Assembly (NCBI GenBank): GCA_963740355.1 | Contig: CAVUDW010000002.1 | Span: forward strand, 1,216,001-1,280,000 | Reading direction: 5' to 3' | Length of the DNA: 64,000 nt | From: an uncultured Gemmatimonadaceae bacterium | GTDB lineage: Bacteria; Gemmatimonadota; Gemmatimonadetes; Gemmatimonadales; Gemmatimonadaceae | Shown here: piece after piece, positions 1 to 8,964 of the stretch | Layout of the letters: the number at the start of each line of letters is the position of its first letter | Numbering within the stretch: the first letter of the stretch is position 1 | The notes under the pieces: generated by a model | What the model saw: only the letters and a program-made list of their open reading frames with translations | Told to the model about the DNA's origin: nothing | Databases searched by the model: none | Position numbers and translations under genes: made by a program

Positions 1-620
1 CGACAGCACGCTCCGGGTTGCGCTCGGGCATGAGCCAGACCGAGGCCAACAACGCGCTGCTCGCCGAACGCATCATGCTGCCCGCGTTCAATGTGCGTGG
101 CATTCGTGTTGGTGGTGTGCGGGAGACTGGATCGAACACCATCGCGACGGAAGCGTACGCCAGTTTCGACTTGCGGTTGGTTCCGGGCCAGACACCGGCG
201 CGAGTGCGACGGCTGGTGGAGGCGCACATTCGCGGCCAAGGTTACTGGATCACCGGCGATAGCGTCACGGCCGCCATGCGACTTGCGCATCCGAAAGTGG
301 CACGTGTGGAATGGGGTGATGGGTATCCCGCGTCACGCGCACCGATGGACGGTCCGTTCGGCAAGGCGGTCATCGCGGCATTGAGCGAAGGCGCACGGCA
401 GCCGCTGATCCTGAACCCCACGGTCGGCGCCAGCGGACCGGCGTACCTGTTCGAGCAGATCCTCAAGGTGCCGATGATCTCGCTGCCGATCGCCAACTAC
501 GATGACAACCAGCATGCGGCGGATGAAAACTTGCGCGTGCAGAATCTCTGGGATGGCATCGAGCTCTATGTGGCGCTGTTGACCGGGATGGGAAAGGCGT
601 GGCGCGGGCCAGTGCCGTGA
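1..620 (+). CDS. M20/M25/M40 family metallo-hydrolase, C-terminal part (5' end outside window; probable +1 indel near nt 27)
   Basis: PAFNVRGI...SFDLRLVPGQ dimerisation-domain segment and C-terminal NQHAADENLR motif typical of M20 peptidases. Confidence 0.85.
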   Translation, partial: TARSGLRSGMSQTEANNALLAERIMLPAFNVRGIRVGGVRETGSNTIATEAYASFDLRLVPGQTPARVRRLVEAHIRGQGYWITGDSVTAAMRLAHPKVARVEWGDGYPASRAPMDGPFGKAVIAALSEGARQPLILNPTVGASGPAYLFEQILKVPMISLPIANYDDNQHAADENLRVQNLWDGIELYVALLTGMGKAWRGPVP

Positions 621-2926
621 CGCAGGCGCCGAGGGATCCGCTCGCCATTGCGTACAAGGCTGTGAACTTGATGCCTGCGATGCTCGCATACTGGGATGTC
701 GACCAGCGGTGTGTCTTTGCGAGCGCGTCGTACGCAACGTGGTTCGGTCGCGATGCCGAGTCGATGCAAGGTCTCACATTGCGTGACTTTCTCGGGCCCA
801 TCTACCCGCTGAACCAGCCCTTCATCGAGGCGGTCTTGGCAGGAGAGCCGCAGCAGTTCGAGCGAGAGCTTCCGACCCCCGATGGAGGTGTCCGGTACGC
901 CTTGGCGAGCTACATCCCGGACATCGAGGGTGGTGTCGTGCGTGGGTTCATCGCGCACGTGACGGACATCACCGTGCAGCACGGCCGTCAACAGGCGCTG
1001 CAGCGGAGCGCCGCGCTGCTGGAACGCATCGGAGCGTTGGCGCACGTTGGCGGTGCCGAGTTGGACCTGCGGACGAATGCAGTCTTCTGGACGGACGAGA
1101 TGTGTCGGATCCTCGACGTCGATCCGAGTCAGGTGCCCCCACCAGAACGCTGGGCAGAGTTCTTCGAGGCTGACGCGCTGGCCAAGTACCTCGAGATCTC
1201 GAATGCCATGATTTCCGCTGGCACGCCGGTCGACTTCGAGACCCCGATGATCACGGCCACCGGACGGCGAATCTGGGTGCGGATCCAAAGTACGGCGGTG
1301 CGAGATGAGCACGGCCAGGTCGTGAAGCTGCTCAGCGCACATCAGGACATTACGGCACGAAAAGCCACCGAGGCCGTCTTGCATGCCACCGACGAGCGCC
1401 TGCGACGGGCGCTCGAGGCGACACAGGACGCGATCTGGGATTACGACGCCATCGCTGGCCTGATGTACCTCAGCCCGGCGTGGTACACGATGTTCGGGTA
1501 CGCGCCGAAGTCAGAGCCGCAGCCGGTGGGATTCGTGGCATCCGCGGTCCATCCTGACGATCTCGAACGGGTGACGGCGACGCTGCGCCGGTCCGTCGGC
1601 GATGGCGCACCCTATGTGGTTGAAGCGCGGATGCGCTGCGCGGACGGATCGTATCGGTGGATCGAAAGTCGCGGGCGAGTGACCGCCACGGATGCCACCG
1701 GCCGGGCGACGCGTGTCTCGGGGACGAACTCGAACATCGACGAGCGCAAGCGCGCGGAAGCGGAAAAGGCCTCACTCGAGGCGCAGCTGCGACAGGCGCA
1801 GAAGATGGAATCCGTCGGGCGACTGGCCGGCGGTGTGGCGCACGACTTCAACAACATGCTGGTCGTGATCCGTGGATACACCGAACTGGTGATGGAGCAC
1901 CTGGATCCGTCGCTGCCGATCCAGGATGATCTGCGGCAGATCCACACGGCAGCGGAACGATCGGCGGCGCTCACGCGGCAGCTGCTCGCCTTCGCACGCA
2001 AGCAGGTGATCGCCCCCGAGGTGCTGAACCTCAACGATGCCGTGTTGCACAGCCTGACGATGTTGCAGCGATTGATCGGCGAGAATGTCTCCGTCAGCTG
2101 GCAACCGGCCCCGCAGCTCTGGCGAGTGTCGGTGGATCGCTCCCAGCTCGATCAGTTGCTGGCCAACCTGTGCGTCAACGCACGCGATGCGATGGCAGAT
2201 GTTGGTACGATCGAAATTTCCACATCGAATGTCGTGCTCGACGCTGCGGCATGCGAACGACACATCGGTGCAGTGCCGGGTGAATACGTCTGTCTGACGG
2301 TCACGGACAACGGCCGCGGCATGGATGCGGCGACGATGGAGCAGGTGTTCGAGCCGTTCTTCACCACCAAGGAGATGGGCGACGGCACGGGGCTCGGTCT
2401 GTCGATGGTCTACGGCGTCGTGCAGCAGAATCGTGGCGTGATCACGGTGGAGAGTACGGTTGGTGCTGGTTCGACGTTTTCCATCTTCCTGCCGCGGCAT
2501 CGTGGTGCGGTCGCAAGCGCGCGCACGCGCGATGCGGCCGCGACGCCGGAGCGCGGTCATGAAACGGTGCTGCTGGTCGAGGATGAACCCGCGATTCTCC
2601 GCCTGGCCTCGGTCGCCCTCGAGCGACACGGCTACACCGTGCTCGCGGCGGCCAGCCCCAGCGCCGCGCTCCGTCTCGCGGCCACACACGACGGCCCAAT
2701 CGACCTGTTGCTGAGCGACGTCATCATGCCGGAGATGAATGGGCGAGAGCTGTCGGAACTGCTGCAGCAGTCGCTGCCCGGGCTGAAGGTTCTGTTCATG
2801 TCAGGCTATCCGGCCGACGTGATCGCGAATCGAGGGGTGCTGGGTGATTCGGTGAACTTCATCGCCAAGCCGTTCTCGGTGGCAGGGCTGGCCGAGCGGA
2901 TTCGCGAGGTGCTGGATCGGGCGTAG
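617..2926 (+). CDS. PAS-domain hybrid sensor histidine kinase/response regulator
   Basis: Three PAS/PAC-like segments, H-box AGGVAHDFNNML, FEPFFTTK...GTGLGLS G-boxes, receiver LLVEDE...LLLSDVIMPEMNG; GTG start overlaps the upstream TGA (GTGA). Confidence 0.93.
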   Translation: MTQAPRDPLAIAYKAVNLMPAMLAYWDVDQRCVFASASYATWFGRDAESMQGLTLRDFLGPIYPLNQPFIEAVLAGEPQQFERELPTPDGGVRYALASYIPDIEGGVVRGFIAHVTDITVQHGRQQALQRSAALLERIGALAHVGGAELDLRTNAVFWTDEMCRILDVDPSQVPPPERWAEFFEADALAKYLEISNAMISAGTPVDFETPMITATGRRIWVRIQSTAVRDEHGQVVKLLSAHQDITARKATEAVLHATDERLRRALEATQDAIWDYDAIAGLMYLSPAWYTMFGYAPKSEPQPVGFVASAVHPDDLERVTATLRRSVGDGAPYVVEARMRCADGSYRWIESRGRVTATDATGRATRVSGTNSNIDERKRAEAEKASLEAQLRQAQKMESVGRLAGGVAHDFNNMLVVIRGYTELVMEHLDPSLPIQDDLRQIHTAAERSAALTRQLLAFARKQVIAPEVLNLNDAVLHSLTMLQRLIGENVSVSWQPAPQLWRVSVDRSQLDQLLANLCVNARDAMADVGTIEISTSNVVLDAAACERHIGAVPGEYVCLTVTDNGRGMDAATMEQVFEPFFTTKEMGDGTGLGLSMVYGVVQQNRGVITVESTVGAGSTFSIFLPRHRGAVASARTRDAAATPERGHETVLLVEDEPAILRLASVALERHGYTVLAAASPSAALRLAATHDGPIDLLLSDVIMPEMNGRELSELLQQSLPGLKVLFMSGYPADVIANRGVLGDSVNFIAKPFSVAGLAERIREVLDRA

Positions 2927-2983
2927 GGCGCTTTCGCTCGCCGTGTCCTCCTTGGGCGGGCGGGCGAGCGAGAGGTCGCGCAG

Positions 2984-5713
2984 TCATGGAATGGTGAGGC
3001 CCGTGGCGGAGGCGGTGGGCGTCGTCGCAGAATTCGTGGTGCCTCGACCGAACTGCCCGCTGGTGTTGCGACCCCAGCATAACAGCGAGCGTCGCGAGAA
3101 GACGATCACATTGTCTTCGCCAGTGACCGCGCCGAACGTCACACCACAGGTGAAGGCAGTACCACCGGTGAGCTTGTTGAAGCGCGCTGATGCCTGAACA
3201 GCCACAGGTGTGGTTCGTGGGACCGTGAATCCGTCGCCCACCTGACCGTCGGTGCTGGCACCCCAGCAGTAGCTGACGGCATCGGCCGCGATGCCGCAGC
3301 CGTGTCGATCGCCAAGCGTCACCTCCTTCAACGCCATCGGTGTCGACACAACCGCTGGTGTACTGCTCGGCGTCGTCGATGCGTTGCCTAGTTGTCCCGC
3401 ATCGTTGGCACCCCAGCATCGCACGATGCCCGTGGCGCCCGTTGCACAGGTGAAGGCATCGCCGCCGCCGGCCAACGCGCCGTAGACCTGACCGCCGCCA
3501 ACCGCGACGGGCTGCGTGCGATCGGTGGTCGTTCCGTCACCGAGTTGACCGAATGCATTGTCGCCCCAGCACCACGCGGCGCCGGACTGGTCCAGCGCGC
3601 AGGTATGATCGCGACCGGTGGCGATGGTCGAGAACACATGGTTTCCGGCCACGGCGACGGCACTGAGCGCGTTGGACGACGTGCCGTTTCCAAGTTGCCC
3701 GTTGGTGTTCGCGCCCCAGCACCAGGCATGGCCATCGGTGTCGAGCGCGCAGCTATGCGCGCCGCCGGCGCTGACGATGGTGAATGGTCCGCCGGGGCCT
3801 GGCGCTGGCGACGACCGACTGACGCCCGCGCCGTCACCAAGCTGGCCAAGCGCGCCGTCTCCCCAGCACCGCACGATGCCACTCGCTTCTCGACCACACA
3901 CGTGCCGCGCGCCGACACTCAGGCTCGAGAAACCCATCGTCACCGCTGCGGGCACGATCGTGGACGTGGTCGATCCATTACCCAGTTGGCCGAAGGTGTT
4001 GTCGCCCCAGCAGGACGTGCCCTGGTCTGCGATCGCGCAGGCAAACCCTTCGCCTGCGCCGATGCGTTCAGTGCCCGGCAATGGTGGGCAATTGACGATC
4101 AGGTTCAGTGTCGTGGTGTCGTTCGGCTGCACCGTGCCGGCGCGCGTTGGTGGGATCGGACAGCCTGACGGCAGCACGCTCACATCCAGCAGTGCCGTAC
4201 CGGCTGACAACGTCAACAGGTAGCGACCATCGGCTCCCGTGACGGTCGTTTCACCGGTCGTCGCATCAGTGACGCGCACGTTGGCGAGCGTTCCCTGAAA
4301 CGGCGACGACACCGTGCCCGCGATGCTGCCTGAGGGAATGGGGGCCGGTGGTGGCGCAGGGCTCGTCCACCCGGAGAACCAGGGGATTGCACTCAGCCCG
4401 CCAAGCCTGGGCACGGCACCAATAAAGGAGCCAGTAGCGAAAAATCCATCCGATGGGGCGGCCGCTGCTGGATTGAGAGCCAGCGCTGAGCCGGCGACGG
4501 GTCGCAGGTCGGGCAGGTACAGGTCATTCTCGCTCAGCAGCTGGCCCGCCGCTCCCGGCAGCACGGAGTTGTTCTCTGTTGCATTGCCGAGGAGGTCCGC
4601 TTCCGATCCGGGGCAGCTCACCGGGACGAGTCCTTGTCCCAGTGACGTGGCACCAGCGGTGAGCACGTTGCGCACGCTCAATGTGGCGCCGACGAGTTGT
4701 GCGCAGGTCGAGGTGCCACCGATGTCGAGCCCGATGTGCGGCGCGTAAAGAAAGATGTTGCGCAACGTGCCTGCGGTGCCACGCTCCAGCACCAGCGCGC
4801 GCGCGGTGGCGTGTGTGGGATTGGCCGGCGTCGACTGCGCGATGACCGTGACGTTGAAGAGGGACGGAGCTGAACGGGGAAGGGCATCGTCGGCGGCGCC
4901 ATTCGCTGTGGTGCCATTCTGTCCCACAATGCCGGCGGCGAATCGGAGAATGTCCTGTTGCACGGCGACGAACTGCGCGCGGCCACGCCACCCACCCGTC
5001 CATCGCAAGCCGGTGCCGTTCGCGGTGAGGAAGAGATCGCGCAGCGTTGCCGCGCCGCCGGTCACGAGTACACCCTCGGCGCGCGTGCGATTGGCCTGCA
5101 GGTCGTGAATCGTTGTCGCGCTGCCGACGCCGGCGAGATGCAGCCCACGCTCGGCATATTCGATGCGCAGATAGCTGAGGATGCCGCTGTCATCGGCGTC
5201 GTTGCAGCCGCCGAATCGATCGGTACCTGCAATCGGATCGGCTTCGCTGAGACAGCCACCCGTCGTGCCGCGCGGCGTGGCCGGACTGGTTGGTGTGCCG
5301 CTGTTGATACGCGCATTGCCATGCACCACCACGCCGCCCCAGCACCCCGGATACTTCGCGGCCGCGCGGCAGGTGAGCACGATCGGTTCGTTCAGCGTTC
5401 CCTTTGCCTCGATCCGTCCATCGCGCGCGATGAAGATGTATGAGCCGACCTGGCCTTCGACGCGTGTGCCGGCTTCGATCTGCAGGGTGCCACCGGCTGT
5501 CACGACAAGCGGGCCATCGAGGTGGATCGTGGAGCCAGTTCGCCACCGTTCCAGCTGCGTGATTCGCGTGACGGTCCCTGCGCGCCCAATGCGTATTTGC
5601 GCTGACGGCGCGGATCGGTTGTTGCCCGCAGCGTGATCGGATCGCCCGTCGAGCCCAGGCAGAAGCAAGGTCGCGGCAAGCGCCAGCGACGACAGAGCGT
5701 GCAAATGTGGCAT
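2984..5713 (-). CDS. Secreted multidomain protein: beta-helix-like N-terminus, carboxypeptidase-regulatory-like domain, RCC1/BLIP-II repeats
   Basis: Signal peptide; about 7 repeats of HxC...CWGxNxxGQLGxG; GTVS...TGADGRY segment. Confidence 0.85.
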   Translation of the reverse strand: MPHLHALSSLALAATLLLPGLDGRSDHAAGNNRSAPSAQIRIGRAGTVTRITQLERWRTGSTIHLDGPLVVTAGGTLQIEAGTRVEGQVGSYIFIARDGRIEAKGTLNEPIVLTCRAAAKYPGCWGGVVVHGNARINSGTPTSPATPRGTTGGCLSEADPIAGTDRFGGCNDADDSGILSYLRIEYAERGLHLAGVGSATTIHDLQANRTRAEGVLVTGGAATLRDLFLTANGTGLRWTGGWRGRAQFVAVQQDILRFAAGIVGQNGTTANGAADDALPRSAPSLFNVTVIAQSTPANPTHATARALVLERGTAGTLRNIFLYAPHIGLDIGGTSTCAQLVGATLSVRNVLTAGATSLGQGLVPVSCPGSEADLLGNATENNSVLPGAAGQLLSENDLYLPDLRPVAGSALALNPAAAAPSDGFFATGSFIGAVPRLGGLSAIPWFSGWTSPAPPPAPIPSGSIAGTVSSPFQGTLANVRVTDATTGETTVTGADGRYLLTLSAGTALLDVSVLPSGCPIPPTRAGTVQPNDTTTLNLIVNCPPLPGTERIGAGEGFACAIADQGTSCWGDNTFGQLGNGSTTSTIVPAAVTMGFSSLSVGARHVCGREASGIVRCWGDGALGQLGDGAGVSRSSPAPGPGGPFTIVSAGGAHSCALDTDGHAWCWGANTNGQLGNGTSSNALSAVAVAGNHVFSTIATGRDHTCALDQSGAAWCWGDNAFGQLGDGTTTDRTQPVAVGGGQVYGALAGGGDAFTCATGATGIVRCWGANDAGQLGNASTTPSSTPAVVSTPMALKEVTLGDRHGCGIAADAVSYCWGASTDGQVGDGFTVPRTTPVAVQASARFNKLTGGTAFTCGVTFGAVTGEDNVIVFSRRSLLCWGRNTSGQFGRGTTNSATTPTASATGLTIP

Positions 5714-5952
5714 CGGCGGTCTCAGGGGCGGAGGTGCACCCTGAGTTTGCCGTCGCTACGTCACACTGTGCGGTCCCGGAGATGTCGGTTGTGCTACGGA
5801 ACCGTCATGCCGAGCGGGCCATGCGCATTCGGGACAGGGTCAGCGGCATTTGTGGTCCCGACAGGCGAGATGATGTGGCGCTGGATACGGGCAAGGCGGG
5901 CTGCGTGGAAGACCTCGCCTGAAATGGTCCCCGCCATCTTAGGAAGAAATTC

Positions 5953-6020
5953 TTGACTTACACCGCTCGCTAGTAAATATTTGCTTCCTACCAGTGCTGT
6001 TGGGAAGGATTTGTTTACTA
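5953..6020 (+). promoter_or_regulatory. AT-rich promoter region with a long imperfect palindrome (putative operator) upstream of the Fic gene
   Basis: TTGACT at 5953-5958; arms 5971-5994 and 5997-6020 match at 18/24 as an inverted repeat (TAGTAAA...TTTACTA). Confidence 0.6.
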
Positions 6021-6060
6021 AAGGAAGCTCCTGAGTGCTTACTGCCAGCACGCGGACCGC

Positions 6061-7242
6061 ATGACGCATCGCGAAACGGGTCGATACGAACGCAGCACGG
6101 TCGCTGGTGAAGCGGTTGACGCGTTCGTGCCATTTGCACTTCCGCCGATCCCGCCCCTGCTCGTGGACGACGGGATGCGAAGGCAGTTGTTCGCTGCAGA
6201 GCAAGCGCTCGCGCGCCTTGAGGTGGCGGGCGACATGGTGCCATCGCTCGATTGGTTCATCTACGCCCTCGTGCGCAAGGAAGCGGTCCTCTCGTCCCAG
6301 ATCGAAGGGACGCAAGCCACGCTGGTCGACTTGCTCACTTACGAGGCGAGAGTCGATGTGGGCGGTGACACGCTGCGTCCGCCGACTGCCGATGTCGAGG
6401 AGGTGACGAACTACCTCGTCGCGCTCGAGTTCGCGCGAGCCCAGATAGGCGATCACAATGGATTGCCGTTGTCAATTCGCCTGTTGAACGAGACGCATCG
6501 ACGCCTGATGAGTGGCGCGCGAGGCGCAGACAAGCAGCCGGGTGAGGTGCGCCGCAGTCAGAATTGGATTGGTGGGAGTCGGCCCGCGACCGCGGCCTTC
6601 GTTCCGCCGCCTCCGCACCTGGTGCCCGATCTGCTGGCGGAGTTCGAGCGCTACCTGCATGCCGACGACACGGTGCATCCGTTGGTCCGTGTGGCACTGC
6701 TGCATGTGCAGTTCGAGACGATTCATCCGTACCTCGACGGCAACGGGCGCATTGGCCGCCTGCTGATCACGCTCCTTCTCGAACACTGGCACCTGCTCAG
6801 TGCACCGTTGCTGTATCTGAGCCTCTGGTTCAAGCGCGATCGCCGCGAGTACTACCGTCGCTTGAGCGCGGTTCGAACGGACGGCGATTGGGAGGGATGG
6901 GTGTCGTACTTTCTCGAGGGCGTCGCCACCATCGCGGACGAAGCAGTCGGGGCGGCGCGGCAGCTCTTCTCACTGGTGAATCAGGATCGGACGCGCGTGA
7001 TGGCGATCGATGGCATTTCGGTGTCGACACTCCGTCTCTTCGAACAACTGCCGCGGCGTCCGATCGTGAGTGTGGCATCGGTCATGTCGCGGCTTCGAGT
7101 TGCAAAGCCGACAGCGGGAAAGGTGATCGACCAGTTGGTTGGGGTCGGCGTGTTGCGCGAGACGACGGGTCGGCAGCGGGACCGGAAGTACGTGTATGAT
7201 CGCTATCTGTTGGTGCTGCTCGAGGGGACGGAGCTGCGGTAG
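6061..7242 (+). CDS. Fic family protein (N-terminal inhibitory motif, Fic domain, C-terminal wHTH-like region)
   Basis: Catalytic HPYLDGNGRIGR; SSQIEG matches (S/T)xxxE(G/N); C-terminal VAKPTAGKVIDQLVGVGVLRE. Confidence 0.93.
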   Translation: MTHRETGRYERSTVAGEAVDAFVPFALPPIPPLLVDDGMRRQLFAAEQALARLEVAGDMVPSLDWFIYALVRKEAVLSSQIEGTQATLVDLLTYEARVDVGGDTLRPPTADVEEVTNYLVALEFARAQIGDHNGLPLSIRLLNETHRRLMSGARGADKQPGEVRRSQNWIGGSRPATAAFVPPPPHLVPDLLAEFERYLHADDTVHPLVRVALLHVQFETIHPYLDGNGRIGRLLITLLLEHWHLLSAPLLYLSLWFKRDRREYYRRLSAVRTDGDWEGWVSYFLEGVATIADEAVGAARQLFSLVNQDRTRVMAIDGISVSTLRLFEQLPRRPIVSVASVMSRLRVAKPTAGKVIDQLVGVGVLRETTGRQRDRKYVYDRYLLVLLEGTELR

Positions 7243-7326
7243 CGCGTCGGCGTTGCGACGGCAGGTCCGCTCGCCAGCGTACACCGGTAGGCCGTTAGGC
7301 GCCGATGAGTGGTGTGGCCGCCCGTT

Positions 7327-7416
7327 GGAACCCTACGCAAAACGCCCCACCGGAAGCCGGCGGGGCGTTTCTGCTATCTCGTTGCAAATCAGAGACTTCC
7401 ACAGCTCCCGAGGAGG
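7327..7416 (-). repeat. Distal copy of a 90-bp direct repeat containing the tRNA-Asn 3' end and a terminator hairpin (att-like site)
   Basis: 75/90 ungapped identity to 14705-14794; 14-bp exact core AGCTCCCGAGGAGG at 7403-7416 equals 14781-14794. Confidence 0.88.
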
Positions 7417-7659
7417 AGGTGCTGCAAGAGCACTTTCTGCGATCGTAAGTTTTTGAGTCATTATGGCGTCGCGCTCTGATGCGCGATGTCTTCGCTTGAC
7501 GTGCAAAAAGTAGTTCTGTACGTTCGGCGTGGGTTGGCAATCGTGCCGCAAAGTTCGCGCGTATTGCTCAAGGCTGTCTTCGCAAGGTCGTGACCGCGCC
7601 GATCGTGAATGCAATCTGCGTGGAACCTGAGCGCCTTACGTGACCCTACCGTGAGAGAG

Positions 7660-8181
7660 TGCTCGCAGAAGCCGAGTGCGCCGACGAAGATCTGCGCCTC
7701 GCGCACAGTGTCGGTCGCGACGTCGTGCACCGGCATCGTCAGCCCGGCGTAATCGACGACGGTCTTCTCACCCGCGACATGCACCTGTCGAAGCGCGGGC
7801 TCCAGCGTGTCGGCCCAGATGCGGTAGTGCTGGCAGAAATAGGTGCATTTGTAGCCGTCCGGCGTCTGCCGCTTGTACTCGATCCAGAGCAGCTGGAGGG
7901 TGACGCCTTTCTGCTTCAGCTCGGCGTGGATGGTCGCCCAGTCGGGCACGGCGCGACCGCGGACCGGGACGGCGTCGGTTGCGAAGAGCCGCGCTTCGAC
8001 CGCCGCTTCGTCGAGGTCCGGTGGCACGGGCCACGGCAGCCCGGTCCCCCGGAACCGACGGAGGTAGTCGATCACGGTGCTCTGGGAGCGCCCGAGCGAT
8101 CTCGCGCTGGCTCTGGTCCTGGTCGAACGCAAGGCGGAAGGCCTCGAACACCTGTCGCATGGGAAGTCGCTCTGCTGGCAC
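7660..8181 (-). pseudogene. istA: IS21-family transposase IstA, frameshifted and 3'-truncated
   Basis: MPAERLPMRQV...SQREIAR, then PDWATIHAELKQKGVTLQLLWIEY...HVAGEKTVVDYAG...AQIFVGALG; similarity stops after about 170 aa; no istB. Confidence 0.88.
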
Positions 8182-8252
8182 TGCCTCGCTCCGGATGGAA
8201 GTCCCGGAGGAGTAGTGCCGGCGGTGAGCGCCCGCGCCCTTGCATCAGCCCC

Positions 8253-8346
8253 TGATCGACATCGACCTAAACAGGTGATCGGCTTGGCCCGAAATGGGTG
8301 ATCGGCTTCGAGCGAAACAGGTGATCGGCTTCAGCCGAAATCCGCA
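8253..8346 (-). repeat. IS21-family left end: four 23-bp-period repeats ending in a TG terminus
   Basis: TGATC recurs at 8253, 8276, 8299 and 8322; the minus strand starts TGCGGATTTCGGCTGAAGCCGATCACC. Confidence 0.85.
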
Positions 8347-8964
8347 GCTCTGAGCTGAAGAGCGCCTCATCCAATGCGACGTCGAATGTAACGTTCGCAC
8401 ATCGCAACGTTGCGACAATGTGGTCGTGCGCGATGGCGGAGAATTGAAGAACAATTCCGCCCAAAACATCCTCAGGCCATTCGTATGCGTTGAGGCCTGT
8501 CCAAATCCCACGTTGATGGGTTGATCCTCGCCTCGCTTCTTCTGTCGGTTCCGTGTGCAGTGCAATTACAGGACGAGTGTCGCGCCCGCGCACACCGGGG
8601 CCCTGTGATAGAGGTATTGCCCAGCCGACAGCAAACCGGTCTCCGAGCAGAAGAGGAACGTCCGCAATCCGACCGAGAATCGTCGGTGCGCTGATGCCGC
8701 TCAATTCATTCCAAGAGTATCGCTCGGTTCAGCGCCAAATTCGCTCCGCCAGTGTAACAATCAGCGCTTGGCGAGTCCGCTGGGATGTCGCGCGAGACCA
8801 TTGCATAGGCGTGCCGTGTCGCCTCTTCGGAGCCGCGATAACGGGACCAGCGCCGTACGCACTTGCGTCTACCGCGTATTAGGACTACATCATAACTAAC
8901 GCGATGTGGGAGCGCGCGGTTGTGCCGCGTGTCGCAGTACAGACTCTTACCTAAAGAACCGGTG

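Noticed and set aside
7243..7300. GTTAGGC after the Fic gene as an integron attC site
   Set aside because: No matching RYYYAAC box or paired L boxes, and no integron integrase.
8253..8346. Regularly spaced repeats as a mini CRISPR array
   Set aside because: A 23-bp period leaves no room for spacers, there are no cas genes, and the position upstream of istA identifies an IS21 end.
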